Shown: positions 1-9,818, counted from the first letter of the stretch. The stretch is 64,000 nucleotides of DNA from Actinomycetes bacterium (GCA_025463875.1 JAODBI010000225.1:1222-65221); one strand, 5' to 3'. The notes: generated by a model from the sequence alone, not told the origin. Made by a program: numbers and translations.

Positions 1-222
1 CCGCGGCGCGCGCCGGTCCGCCATCCACGGAATCGGACCGTCGAGGTTCCAGTCGACCTTCACGGTGCCGTTGTCCCATTGAAATTGAGAGAGGCGCGCG
101 CGGAACGCGGCCGGAAGATCGTCTTCCCGCACCAGTGATCGGTAGAGCACGGGCGCCGAAACGTCGGCGACGACCGCGCCCGGCGCGTCGACCACGTCAC
201 CTGCACGCGTCCGACCACACAC
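1..222 (-). pseudogene. Fragment of a phytoene-desaturase-like NAD(P)/FAD-dependent oxidoreductase (COG1233 type); runs off the left edge, N-terminal part absent
   Basis: The minus frame is open from 288 to 1. It reads ...AGDVVDAPGAVVADVSAPVLYRSLVREDDLPAAFRARLSQFQWDNGTVKVDWNLDGPIPWMADRRAP, which resembles the mid-protein motif of this family (..KVDWALDGPIPW). An in-frame TAG at 289-291 and the divergent gene starting at 302 leave no room for the roughly 250-aa FAD-binding N-terminus. Confidence 0.4.
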
Positions 223-301
223 CGGCGCATACCCGCGCGGAGGCGAGGCAAACTGGCCGTCGTCGGCGGTGACTGTCGTAGTGCGTCGCTACCTTCCCCG
301 G

Positions 302-1627
302 ATGGCAAAGAATCGCAGTCGGAACCCCCGGATCTCCTCGGCTACGGAGCTGCCCGACGAGCTCCTCGATTTCGCGACCTCCGCCGGGCGAACCCACGAG
401 TTCTTGCGACTGCGAGCCGTCGAGCAGCTGGCCGCGCTCGACCCCGCGGCGGTGAACCGCGCGGCCGAACGTCACGTGCTGGCGCGCATCGACTCCGCTT
501 GGAACCTGGGCTGGCAGCCCCGCGAGCTGGTGCGCCAGATCCGTCGCGCCGCCGACGCCCCGACCGTCGGGCTGGCCCTGGTCGCGATCGCGGCCGAGCG
601 CGCCGGGAACCAGGCGTTCCGACTCGATCCGCGCTGGGCGTCCCAGCTCACCGGACTCGAACTTCCGCCCGCCGTCCCGGGTCATTGGATGGCGACCTGG
701 ACGCTCGAGGTCGAGCGCACGAGACCGGAGCAGATCCGTGTCGTCGTCGCGCTCCTGCGGTGCTTGGCCGGGATCTCGCGCATCCCGACCCTGATTCCGC
801 CTCCGGGCGCACGCCGAGTCGACGACACGATCATCGACCTCGACTCCAAGCGGGACGATCCGATGTTCGATCGCGTACGCGCCCTGCTCGCGCAGGCGGA
901 GTCCACGCAGTACGAGGCCGAGGCCGAGACGTTCACGGCGAAGGCGCAAGAGCTCATGACCCGCCACGCGATCGACATGGCCATGCTCTCGTCCGGCGCC
1001 CGGCGCGCCGAACGCCCCCAGACGATCCGCATCGGCATCGACGAGCCCTACGTCGACGCGAAGTCGCTCCTCCTGCAGTTCGTCGCAGAGAGCTCGCGTT
1101 GTCAAGCGGTGTTCCACGAACGATTCGCGATGTCGTCGGTCGTCGGATTCGCCGCCGACCTCGACGCGGCGGAGACCCTCTTCACGTCACTGCTCGTCCA
1201 GGCCCAGGTCGCGATGCAGGCGGCCGCGTCGACCGCGCCGCCCGGAATGCGCACCCGCAGCCGCTCGTTCCGCACCGCGTTCCTGATGGCCTACGCCTGT
1301 CGGGTCGCCGAGCGGCTGGCCGAGATCAACCGGTACGTGGTGGCCGACGCCGAAGCCGAGACAGGCCAATCGATCACGCCCGTGCTCGCGGCGCGTTCGT
1401 CGGTTGTGGACGAGACCGTCGGCGAGATCTTCGGGCGGCTGCGCAGCACCACCGTTCGCCGCGGTTTCGACGCCGAGGGATGGGCGGGCGGTAGGTCGGC
1501 CGCCGACCGCGCCCGACTCGGCGCCGGTCGTCTCGACCGAGCCGGCGCGTCTCCGGCTACGCCACTGGCATCGGCGTCATCGTCTCCAGCCACGCACCGA
1601 GTTGGTCGGCGGGGAGCGGACGGCTGA
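302..1627 (+). CDS. DUF2786 domain-containing protein
   Basis: ORF 269..1627 with an ATG at 302 (MAKNRSRNPR). The central segment DPMFDRVRALLAQAESTQYEAEAETFTAKAQELMTRHAID matches the DUF2786 signature as I recall it. GC3 bias is strong. The 3' end overlaps the convergent GGDEF/EAL gene by 71 nt. Confidence 0.7.
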   Translation: MAKNRSRNPRISSATELPDELLDFATSAGRTHEFLRLRAVEQLAALDPAAVNRAAERHVLARIDSAWNLGWQPRELVRQIRRAADAPTVGLALVAIAAERAGNQAFRLDPRWASQLTGLELPPAVPGHWMATWTLEVERTRPEQIRVVVALLRCLAGISRIPTLIPPPGARRVDDTIIDLDSKRDDPMFDRVRALLAQAESTQYEAEAETFTAKAQELMTRHAIDMAMLSSGARRAERPQTIRIGIDEPYVDAKSLLLQFVAESSRCQAVFHERFAMSSVVGFAADLDAAETLFTSLLVQAQVAMQAAASTAPPGMRTRSRSFRTAFLMAYACRVAERLAEINRYVVADAEAETGQSITPVLAARSSVVDETVGEIFGRLRSTTVRRGFDAEGWAGGRSAADRARLGAGRLDRAGASPATPLASASSSPATHRVGRRGADG

Positions 1628-4112
1628 TCACGTAGCCCTGCGCGATGTCGCAGCCCATGTCGCGGAGCGCGGCCCACGTCGCCATCGTCTCGACGCCCTC
1701 GGCGACGACGCGCAACCCGAGGTTTCGCGCCAGGTCGATGATCGAGCGGACGATGACGGCGTCGTTCTCGTCTTCTTGCATGTTGAGCACGAACGACTTG
1801 TCGATCTTGACCTCGTCGACGGGCAGTCGCTTCAGATACGACAGCGACGAGTAACCGGTCCCGAAGTCGTCGATCGCCAGGGTGAGTCCCATCGCCGCGA
1901 GGCGGTTGAGTACCTGCATGGCGTATTCGGCGTCGGACATGACGCTCGTCTCGGTGATCTCCAGGATCAACCGGGACGGGTCGACGCCGGACTCGGTGAG
2001 CACGCGACTGATGTCGCCGACCAGGTCGGTGTCGAGCAGGCTGCGAGCCGAGAGGTTGACCGCCACCGAAAGATCGTGACCGTCCTCCCGCCAACGCCGG
2101 CTCTGCGCGAGCGCAGTCCGGAGCACGAAGTCGGTCATCGGTCCGATGAGCCCGGTGCGTTCGGCGATCGGTACGAATTCGTCCGGTGGCACGAGCCCGG
2201 CGACGGGGTGCGGCCAGCGGACGAGCGCCTCGACGCCGACGACCCGGCCGGTCGCCATCTCGAGCTTGGGTTGATAATGCATCGTGAGGCCGTCGCGCTC
2301 GATCACGGTGCGAAGCTCGCCGACGAGGGCGAGCTTGCGGGGACTGTGATCGTCGAGGTTCTCGCCGTACGCGGCCACTCCCGCCGTCGTGTTCTTGGCG
2401 GCGTACATCGCGACATCCGCGCGGCGCAGGAGCGTCGACGCATCGCGGCCATGGTCGGGTGCGATGGCAACACCGATGGTGGCACTCACCTCGAGCTCGA
2501 GGTCCTGATACGCGAACGGCTGGTGCAACTCCTCGCGCAGATGTTTCGCGAGGGCCACCGCGCCGTCGGGACCGTCCTGGGCGGGGTCGAGCAGCGCGAA
2601 CTCGTCTCCGCCCAGGCGCGCGACCGTCACCCGGTCCGCGACCCCGCGGCGAAGGCGGCGTGCGACTTCTTGCAGGAGCAGGTCGCCGGTCGCGTGCCCG
2701 AGCGTGTCGTTGATCTCCTTGAACCGGTCGAGGTCGATCAGCATCACCGCGATCTGCGGGTCGGTCGGGCGCTGCCGGAGGAGCAGGTCGGCGAGCCGCT
2801 GCTGGAAGAACACGCGGTTGGGCAGGCCCGTGAGATTGTCGTGGAGCGCGTCGTGACGCAGACGATCGACCAGACGCGCATTTTGCAGCGTCACACTCGT
2901 GTGCGCGGCAATCGTCTCGAACAGTCGGCCGTCCTGGTCGTCGAAGGTGCTCACATCGCCGAGCCGGTTGGCGACGGTGAGGATCCCGAGCACCTTTCCG
3001 TCGGCGACCAGGGGCGCAACGATGCAGTCGCGTTGCGCGCGCTGGGCAAGGTGCGCCCGGATGCGCGGCTCGCGTGAGGTACGCGGACCGACGACCGGTC
3101 GACCGCTCTCGAGAAGCGCCGCGAGCGACGCGTGCAACGACGGCTCGACCGTGCGCGTCGGCGTCTGCTCGTCGCCCTCGAGGATCAACCAGTCGATGCC
3201 CGAGGTGGCCCCGGACGGAAGCACCGCCAACTCGGCAATGTCGGCGCGCAGCATGTCGCGGGCCTGCGCGAGCACGTCGGTGACGATCTGCTCGGCGTCA
3301 CCGGATCCGCGAACCGCCTGCGTGAACTCGTAGAGCAACTCCAGGCTCGCGTTGCGCTGTCGGAGCGACGCGTATTCGCGGTACGCGACGAACAGGATCG
3401 CGGCAATCGCCGCGAGGAGCGCCGCTCCGCGCGCGTCGGCCAGGAGCACTGTGACCGCGACGAGCCCGAAGCATGCGTTGAAGATCGCGCCGATGAACGC
3501 GACACCGACGACCGCGCGTAGCTGGGCGAGGTCCACGCGCCCCTGGTGCACCCAGATCACGACACTCACGCAGAGCACGCTCACGGTCGCCGCCGCGAGC
3601 GTCGCCGCACCGACCGCGATCCACAGCGAGGGACCGACGCGGATCGCGGAGCCGATCAACGTGTGGAAGACGACGATCGCGACGCAGTCCTCGAGGGCGA
3701 AGTGCGCGAGGTTGAAGATGAGCTTCAGGGCAGCCTGGCGGCGATGGAACACGAGCACCGCTCCCGCCCCGATGAGGTGCGCCACGACGATGTGCCCGGG
3801 ACTCGCGAACACCAGCGCGAGCACCAGCGGGATCTCGTTGAGCGACACCGAGTGGGCGTCGCGCCGGAACTCGATGTGGACGACGGTCAGCTCGGATGCC
3901 GCGTACCCGGTCGCCAGGAGGAGCCACGGGACGGCCATCGGCAGCGGGATCGTCGAGAGCTGACGGATGACGACGAGGTAGAGGGCGGCCGCCGCTCCGC
4001 CGACGACGACGGAGAGTTCGAGGACCCGGGCGAACATGGCGGAAACGGCCCCTACAGGCCCTTCCGGCCCGCCATCCGTAGGCGCGACCACGGACGCCGG
4101 CTCCGATTCCAC
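1557..4112 (-). CDS. Membrane-anchored GAF-GGDEF-EAL protein (diguanylate cyclase/phosphodiesterase)
   Basis: 851-aa ORF. It has multiple N-terminal hydrophobic helices, a GAF-like region, a GGDEF motif (ARLGGDEFALL) and EAL domain motifs (EALVRWPHP, DDFGTGYSSLSYL). The GTG start at 4112 is uncertain; ATG 4037 is an alternative. Confidence 0.92.
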   Translation of the reverse strand: MESEPASVVAPTDGGPEGPVGAVSAMFARVLELSVVVGGAAAALYLVVIRQLSTIPLPMAVPWLLLATGYAASELTVVHIEFRRDAHSVSLNEIPLVLALVFASPGHIVVAHLIGAGAVLVFHRRQAALKLIFNLAHFALEDCVAIVVFHTLIGSAIRVGPSLWIAVGAATLAAATVSVLCVSVVIWVHQGRVDLAQLRAVVGVAFIGAIFNACFGLVAVTVLLADARGAALLAAIAAILFVAYREYASLRQRNASLELLYEFTQAVRGSGDAEQIVTDVLAQARDMLRADIAELAVLPSGATSGIDWLILEGDEQTPTRTVEPSLHASLAALLESGRPVVGPRTSREPRIRAHLAQRAQRDCIVAPLVADGKVLGILTVANRLGDVSTFDDQDGRLFETIAAHTSVTLQNARLVDRLRHDALHDNLTGLPNRVFFQQRLADLLLRQRPTDPQIAVMLIDLDRFKEINDTLGHATGDLLLQEVARRLRRGVADRVTVARLGGDEFALLDPAQDGPDGAVALAKHLREELHQPFAYQDLELEVSATIGVAIAPDHGRDASTLLRRADVAMYAAKNTTAGVAAYGENLDDHSPRKLALVGELRTVIERDGLTMHYQPKLEMATGRVVGVEALVRWPHPVAGLVPPDEFVPIAERTGLIGPMTDFVLRTALAQSRRWREDGHDLSVAVNLSARSLLDTDLVGDISRVLTESGVDPSRLILEITETSVMSDAEYAMQVLNRLAAMGLTLAIDDFGTGYSSLSYLKRLPVDEVKIDKSFVLNMQEDENDAVIVRSIIDLARNLGLRVVAEGVETMATWAALRDMGCDIAQGYVISRPLPADQLGAWLETMTPMPVA

Positions 4113-4231
4113 CCCTCCTCATCGGCGGGCCCCCAGGGCGCTTGAGCGCCGGGCCCTCCTGCGATCCGCCTGCAGGGGGGATCGGCGGAGGGCCGGGCGC
4201 ACTCACGATCTACTCGGATCGCAAACTCGGA

Positions 4232-6037
4232 TCAGCTCCAGGTGGACCCGTTCCAACTCGAGCCGTTCCAGGACGAGCCGTTCCAACTCGACCCGTTCCA
4301 CGACGAGCCGTTCCACGACGAGCCATTCCACGACGAGCCATTCCACGACGAGCCGTTCCAACTCGAGCCGTTCCAACACGACCCGTTCCACGACGAGCCA
4401 TTCCACGACGAGCCGTTCCAACTCGACCCGTTCCACGACGAGCCATTCCAACTCGACCCGTTCCACGACGAGCCGTTCCAGGACGAGAGCGCCCACGTCG
4501 AGTGCAGGTCGACATCGCTACCGACCGGAGTCGCCACCGTCGGCACCGTCTGGGTCAGCTCCAAACCCGGGAGCATGACCGCACCCAGGACGTTGAGCGC
4601 ACCGTGCCCGTCGACCATCGGGTTGCCGACGGGGCCCGGAACCGTGGTTCCCAAGAGCTGGGCCTTGACCTCGTCCGACGTCAACACCCGACCGCTGCCC
4701 TTGCCCGAGCTCAGCGCCGCGCCTTCGATCAACATCGCCGCCGCGCCGCTCGTGATCGCCGCACTGAACGACGTTCCCGAGCCGACGAAGTTGGCCGTGC
4801 CGATCCGCGCCGTCGGGTAGGTACGGTCGATGGTCGAACCGGGCGCCCGCAGGCTCACGACCGACCGGCCCGAGGTGACCAGGTCCGGCTTGAACCAGCC
4901 GTCGATGTTGGTGGGGCCGACACTGCTGAAGGTGGTCGCCGCACTCTGCGCCGGGTTCGTCGACCCGACGTCGTCGAGCGACCCGACGGTGATGACCAGC
5001 GGATCGTCACCGGGCGAGAGGATCGTGCCGTTGAACGGCCCCGCGTTGCCGGCGGAGACGACCACCGCGATGCCCGCCTGCCATGCGGTCTCGACGGCCT
5101 GGTCCAGAGGGTTGAGCACCGTCGACTGCGTGGGAATGGCGCCCATCGAGATGTTCAACACCCGGATGCCGTACTGGTCGCGATGCGACACGACCCAGTT
5201 GATCCCGGAGATGACCGTCGCGAGATCAGTCACACCGGTCGCACCGGCGACCTTGACCGAAACGAGGTTGGCGCCGGGCGCCTCACCCTTGTATGCGCCC
5301 TTCGACGACGCGCCGTTGCCCGCGATCAGCCCGGCGACGAACGTTCCGTGCCCGTAGCTGTCCTGGAACGCATTGCCTTCGCCGCTGAGGTCGACACCAC
5401 CGATGATCCGCTTCCCGAAATCGGGGAGCTTCGTGATACCGGTGTCGAGGACGGCCACGGCCACGCCCGAACCGTCGACATTGTTCTTCCACAGGGATGT
5501 GGCGCCCGTGGTCTGCGGGAAGACCGCGGCCGGCGCCCGCACGGCGCTCGGGAAGGAAGCGTCCTCGACTGCGACCGGTGCGTTCGGCGTCACGACCAGG
5601 TCGGGCTGCGCCTTCAGGGCCGCCAACTGGTCGGGTGAGACCTCGGCGACGACACCGCTGACCGCCGGCAGGTCCTTCTCGACGATGGCGGTGTCTGCAA
5701 CGCGCTGGCCGACGGCGTCCGTCTGCTCGGCGCGCTGACTCGCGTCGACGAGCGCAGCGGTCGGGTCACCGACGTCGCCGCTCGTGTACGGATCCGGGCG
5801 GTGCGCCGGCGTCACCAGAACGGTGACCGGGGCGCTCGACGCGGACGAGTCAATCGCCACCGCGCTGCCCATTGCGTCCGCGTACGCCGGGACGGCGACG
5901 CCGAGGCTCGCCACGGTCGCGACAGTCGCGACCAGCGCGACCCGGCGGTGCGCCCATTCGACGCCTCGGGCCGCAGCCCGCTTGTGTGACGAGCCCGGGC
6001 CCGCCGCATTGCCGATTCCTTCGTGCGATGCCCGCAC
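4232..6037 (-). CDS. S8 family (subtilisin-like) serine peptidase with C-terminal SSWNG repeat tail
   Basis: 601-aa ORF with a signal-like N-terminus (VALVATVATVASLGVAVPAYA). Subtilase triad motifs are present: VAVLDTGI (Asp), YGHGTFVAG (His), GSGTSFSAA (Ser). The last ~84 aa are pentapeptide repeats. Confidence 0.92.
   Translation of the reverse strand: MRASHEGIGNAAGPGSSHKRAAARGVEWAHRRVALVATVATVASLGVAVPAYADAMGSAVAIDSSASSAPVTVLVTPAHRPDPYTSGDVGDPTAALVDASQRAEQTDAVGQRVADTAIVEKDLPAVSGVVAEVSPDQLAALKAQPDLVVTPNAPVAVEDASFPSAVRAPAAVFPQTTGATSLWKNNVDGSGVAVAVLDTGITKLPDFGKRIIGGVDLSGEGNAFQDSYGHGTFVAGLIAGNGASSKGAYKGEAPGANLVSVKVAGATGVTDLATVISGINWVVSHRDQYGIRVLNISMGAIPTQSTVLNPLDQAVETAWQAGIAVVVSAGNAGPFNGTILSPGDDPLVITVGSLDDVGSTNPAQSAATTFSSVGPTNIDGWFKPDLVTSGRSVVSLRAPGSTIDRTYPTARIGTANFVGSGTSFSAAITSGAAAMLIEGAALSSGKGSGRVLTSDEVKAQLLGTTVPGPVGNPMVDGHGALNVLGAVMLPGLELTQTVPTVATPVGSDVDLHSTWALSSWNGSSWNGSSWNGSSWNGSSWNGSSWNGSSWNGSCWNGSSWNGSSWNGSSWNGSSWNGSSWNGSSWNGSSWNGSSWNGSTWS
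4235..4486 (-). repeat. About 16 tandem 15-bp units encoding (SSWNG)n
   Basis: Visible 15-bp periodicity (ccgttccaNNNcgag) on the plus strand. The minus-strand translation is SSWNG x16 (one SCWNG) followed by STWS and the stop. Units differ mostly at synonymous positions: Ser TCG/AGT/TCC, Gly GGC/GGG, Asn AAC/AAT. Confidence 0.95.
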
Positions 6038-6299
6038 TGCCAGCTCCCTGTTCCAGCGCCGAAGCGCCTTCCGACAAACAGGACGCCGGGTTCGCCACTA
6101 GCTCCCCGCCACCCAGGCGACCAGATACAGGTGGGCAGATCGATGCTTCGTCCGCCGGCTTTTCTCCGCCGACAGGGAGGGTCATCGGAGCGAAAGGAGT
6201 CGCTCCTTGACGGGTCGGTCCGCTTCCGTGGCGCAAGTCACTCGAGCGCCGGTCGACGCCTACCGCCGCCGGGCTGGTAGCCAGTGTCACGAACCACAC

Positions 6300-7211
6300 G
6301 TGGAGGTCGCGCATGCAGCACCAGATCCGACCGGTCGACGATTCGACGGTCGCGTGATCGAGTTCGTCGGAAGAGACGGCAACCGCCTCGCGGCCGACGT
6401 CGCCGGCGAAGCCGGGGATCCGCCGGTGATCCTGTTGCACGGCGGCGGCCAGACCCGGCACTCGTGGGGAACCACACTCAACGCGCTCGCCGACAAGGGT
6501 TGGCGCGCGTATGCCGTCGACCTGCGCGGTCACGGAGAAAGCGAGTGGGCCGCCGACGGCGACTACACGCTCGACGCGTTCGCGGGCGACGTCCTCGCCC
6601 TGTCGCGCGCTCTCGACGCGCCACCCGCGCTCGTCGGCGCGTCGCTCGGCGGTATCGCGTCGCTCGCGGCGATCGGCGAGCATCCGGATGAACCTGTTGC
6701 ACGCGCGCTCGTGCTCGTCGACGTGGCCCCCCGGATGGAGGAACAGGGGCGTATGCGGATCGGTGCGTTCATGGCCGAGCACATGACCGACGGCTTCGCT
6801 TCACTCGACGAGGTCGCCGACGCGATCCAGCGCTACAACCCGCACCGGCCCCGGCCTTCGGATCTGAGCGGTCTGGCCAAGAACCTGCGCCACGGTCCCG
6901 ACGGCCGCTGGTACTGGCACTGGGACCCAGCTTTCATCGGCGGAAAGCTCGGCGGCGCCGACGAGACCCGTGCGTCTCTGGTCGATCCGGTCCGCCTGAA
7001 GCAGGCCGCGCTCGGCCTCACGCTCCCCACGCTGCTGGTGCGCGGCCGGGTCAGCGACCTGCTCAGCGAAGAAGGCGCCCAGGAGCTCCTCCAGCTCGTT
7101 CCGCACGCACAGATGGTCGACGTCGCGGGCGCGGGACACATGGTCGCGGGTGACCGCAACGACCTCTTCAACGACGCGGTCGTCACCTTCCTCGAGTCGG
7201 TCCACGGTTGA
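6300..7211 (+). CDS. Alpha/beta fold hydrolase
   Basis: ORF 6207..7211. Motifs: PPVILLHGGGQTRHSW (HGGG oxyanion motif), VGASLGG nucleophile elbow, C-terminal GAGHMVAGD. The start is uncertain. GTG 6300 gives an N-terminus of typical length; the ORF is open from 6207. Confidence 0.85.
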   Translation: MEVAHAAPDPTGRRFDGRVIEFVGRDGNRLAADVAGEAGDPPVILLHGGGQTRHSWGTTLNALADKGWRAYAVDLRGHGESEWAADGDYTLDAFAGDVLALSRALDAPPALVGASLGGIASLAAIGEHPDEPVARALVLVDVAPRMEEQGRMRIGAFMAEHMTDGFASLDEVADAIQRYNPHRPRPSDLSGLAKNLRHGPDGRWYWHWDPAFIGGKLGGADETRASLVDPVRLKQAALGLTLPTLLVRGRVSDLLSEEGAQELLQLVPHAQMVDVAGAGHMVAGDRNDLFNDAVVTFLESVHG

Positions 7212-7280
7212 CGGGAGACGCCATGAGCGCCGACGACCTCGTCGTCACCCCGGACGACGACGCGGTGTGCCGCGCCACTG

Positions 7281-8075
7281 TTACTTGGAGAAATGCGTCT
7301 TCGGTCGAGCGAGGAGCTCGCCGTCGACGACGACGTCGACCCGCTCGTTGTAGAACGAGATCAGTCCGGCGATCGGCAGAAGTTGACGGGTCGGGAAGTC
7401 GTACGCCCACGCCACGTCGACATGCAGCGCGTCACCGACCCGCGCCGACCAGTAGCCGCTTGTCATTCCCTTGTACGGACACGACGTCACGGTGTCGGTC
7501 GGTACGAGGTGGTCGAAGTTCACCTCGGTGCGATTGAAGTAGTACCGCGTCGGAAGCCCGGTCTCGAAGACGAGCACGGGCGACGACGAGTCGGCGAGCA
7601 CGGCGCCGTCGAGCTCGATTCGCACGTGACGCGTCGAGCGCAGCGCGTCGACGCGTGTGTACGGATTCCGCGGGTGGACGAACACCTCCTCGTCCTCCTC
7701 GAACCAGCTGTCGAGCGCGTTCCACTCGAACCGGGCGGTTCCCGTGAGCCCGGCGAGCGTCGCGTCCGTATAGACGCGCACCGCTTTCGGTCGCTCGACG
7801 TCGCCGACGCGCAGGCCGTAGCGCTGAGTCATCCCGCGTTTGAGTCGCTGCGGGTGCTGCTCGTCGACCAGACGATCGGCATCCACATCGGCGATCGGTA
7901 TGTAGTACTGCGGATACCCGGGCCACTCCCACACGTACAGCGCACGCGTGGTGTCGAGGATCACCGCCCCTCCCAACGTCGCGCGGATTCGCCGCGGCAC
8001 GGGCTCCACCCGATCGACCGCCGCGATCATCTGCGGATAGTCGATCGCATCGCCTGGTACTACGTCGCTTGCCAC
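7281..8075 (-). CDS. DUF427 domain-containing protein (two tandem DUF427 repeats)
   Basis: 264-aa ORF. It has two copies of the DUF427 pattern (..YYIPxxDV.., ..FVHPRNPYTRVD.., ..SCPYKGxxxYW..), recognised from memory of the family. Confidence 0.85.
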   Translation of the reverse strand: MASDVVPGDAIDYPQMIAAVDRVEPVPRRIRATLGGAVILDTTRALYVWEWPGYPQYYIPIADVDADRLVDEQHPQRLKRGMTQRYGLRVGDVERPKAVRVYTDATLAGLTGTARFEWNALDSWFEEDEEVFVHPRNPYTRVDALRSTRHVRIELDGAVLADSSSPVLVFETGLPTRYYFNRTEVNFDHLVPTDTVTSCPYKGMTSGYWSARVGDALHVDVAWAYDFPTRQLLPIAGLISFYNERVDVVVDGELLARPKTHFSK

Positions 8076-8139
8076 ACCGTCTCCCCGGGCTCGAGTGTCG
8101 AAACCCAGATCAGCACACTGCGGCGGCCGGTCTGCCCCC

Positions 8140-9063
8140 TCAGCGCATGTCGACGTCGACCCGCCGGCCCGCGAGCGCGGCCCGCAGGTCGTTCAGCGTG
8201 CCGAGACTCTCCTCCGCCCCGTCGCGATCGCCCGCCGCGACCGCCAGGACGAGCGATTCGATCAGGACCAGAGTCGTTCCGTGGCTCGCGAACAGACCGG
8301 GGGTGCCGCGCCCGCATTCGAGCGTGGTGTGTACCGCCGAACCGAGCTTTCGGCCCAGCGTGTCGGTGATCAGCACGACGCGAAGGTCGAGCGCGTCACA
8401 CCGATCGAGCAGGACGCCCACGTGCGGCTGCAAACGGCCGTACGCCAAGACGACGACCGAGTCGCCGGGCGCGAGGGAGAGCAGCTCGTCGGCGAACGAC
8501 GTGCCGGTGTGCACGAGGGCCGCGCTCGGCTTTCCGACCCGTTCGCTCAGCAGTTGGCCGTATGCCGCGAGATGGGCCGACGGCCCTACGCCGCGCCACA
8601 CGATGCGGCGGCTCGCGGTCAGCACCGCCGCGGCCTGCTGGAACCGTTCAGCCGACACGTTCCGGGAGAGGGTCTCGATCGCGGCGAGATGGTTCCCGAT
8701 CGTCGCCCCGAACAGCTCTGCTCTCGGAGCCTGTTCGAGACTCCGACGCAGGCGCTGGCCGATGGACTCGTCGCCGGCCTGCGCGACCAGGGCTCGGCGG
8801 AGCTCGGCGAGACCCGAGTACCCGAGCGCCTTGGCGGTGCGCACGATCGTGGCGTCGCTCGTACCGATCCGTTCCGCCAGCGCGGCCGCCGACAGGAGAG
8901 ACGCCTCCGGGCCGAGCTCCAGGAGACGCTCGGCGACCCGGCGCTCGGCGGGGGCGACGTCGTCGACGCGTTCGGCGACCCGTGCGGAGAACGAGTCGGT
9001 TGGTTTTGCTACAGTCTTGACCACGGCAGTAGTATACGCTACTAACTGGTCCCCGACGCTCAT
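8140..9063 (-). CDS. MurR/RpiR family transcriptional regulator (HTH + SIS)
   Basis: ORF 8140..9075. N-terminal HTH (AERIGTSDATIVRTAKALGYSGLAELR) followed by a SIS-type sugar-phosphate binding domain. The start is uncertain (ATG 9063, GTG 9024). An AGTAG-N6-CTACT inverted repeat lies at 9028-9043 in the 5' region shared with the divergent gene. Confidence 0.85.
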   Translation of the reverse strand: MSVGDQLVAYTTAVVKTVAKPTDSFSARVAERVDDVAPAERRVAERLLELGPEASLLSAAALAERIGTSDATIVRTAKALGYSGLAELRRALVAQAGDESIGQRLRRSLEQAPRAELFGATIGNHLAAIETLSRNVSAERFQQAAAVLTASRRIVWRGVGPSAHLAAYGQLLSERVGKPSAALVHTGTSFADELLSLAPGDSVVVLAYGRLQPHVGVLLDRCDALDLRVVLITDTLGRKLGSAVHTTLECGRGTPGLFASHGTTLVLIESLVLAVAAGDRDGAEESLGTLNDLRAALAGRRVDVDMR

Positions 9064-9077
9064 GATCCGAGGCAACC

Positions 9078-9818
9078 ATGCACAGCGTCCTCTTGGTGGC
9101 CGCCGCGTTCCTCGCGGCGGCGGTGGAGATGGTCGAGGCCCTCACCATCGTGCTCGCGGTCGGGGTCACCCGAGGCTGGCGATCGGCGGGGTGGGGCGTT
9201 GCCGCCGCGCTCCTCGCGCTCACCGGGATCATCGGCGCGCTCGGTCCGGCGATCGCGAATCTTCCGATCGACGATCTACGACTCGTCGTCGGCACCGTCT
9301 TGTTGATCTTCGGCCTGCAGTGGTTGCGCAAGGCGATCCTGCGTTCCAGTGGCCTCAAGGCACAGCACGACGAGGACGCGATCTACCGAGCGGAGATCGA
9401 GGCGCTACGCGACGGCGGCGGTCGTCGCGTTCACGATTGGTACGCGTTCACGGTGGCGTTCAAGGGCGTCTTCCTCGAAGGACTCGAGGTCGCGTTCATC
9501 GTCGTGACGTTCGGGGGCGCGCAGAAGAACGTCGGGCTCGCGGCGATCGGTGCGGCGGCAGCGCTGGTGGTCGTGCTGATCGCGGGAGTGATCGCCCATG
9601 CCCCGCTCAGCCGGGTGCCCGAGAACTCACTGAAGTTCGGAGTGGGGATCATGCTCAGCGCGTTCGGGATCTTCTGGGCGGCCGAGGGCGCCGGCGTCTC
9701 GTGGCCGGGCGCCGATGCCTCGCTGCTCGGCGTGATCGGAATCGTCATCCTGCTTTCGTTCGGACTCGTCGCAGTGATGCGGCGCGCGGCCCCGCGCGGT
9801 ATCGCAGCCGTGACATGA
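9078..9818 (+). CDS. Integral membrane protein (COG4280-like; two ExxEA/GL-containing halves)
   Basis: 246-aa ORF with GAGG 6 nt upstream of the ATG and about 6 hydrophobic helices. It has an internal repeat, EMVEALTIVLAVG / EGLEVAFIVVTFG. Its TGA stop (9816-9818) is supplied by the first unit of the 13-bp array. Confidence 0.7.
   Translation: MHSVLLVAAAFLAAAVEMVEALTIVLAVGVTRGWRSAGWGVAAALLALTGIIGALGPAIANLPIDDLRLVVGTVLLIFGLQWLRKAILRSSGLKAQHDEDAIYRAEIEALRDGGGRRVHDWYAFTVAFKGVFLEGLEVAFIVVTFGGAQKNVGLAAIGAAAALVVVLIAGVIAHAPLSRVPENSLKFGVGIMLSAFGIFWAAEGAGVSWPGADASLLGVIGIVILLSFGLVAVMRRAAPRGIAAVT

Noticed and set aside
1557-1627. A 71-nt convergent overlap between the DUF2786 and GGDEF/EAL genes.
   Set aside because: The DUF2786 C-terminal tail (..ASPATPLASASSSPATHRVGRRGADG) looks like unconserved read-on until the first stop. 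The overlap is probably incidental, not regulatory.
4036-4820. Plus-strand ORFs through the SSWNG region ((DEPFH/LEPFQ)n and (STTSR)n).
   Set aside because: They are alternative-frame readings of the same 15-bp repeat, antisense to the S8 peptidase, whose catalytic motifs fix the true frame.
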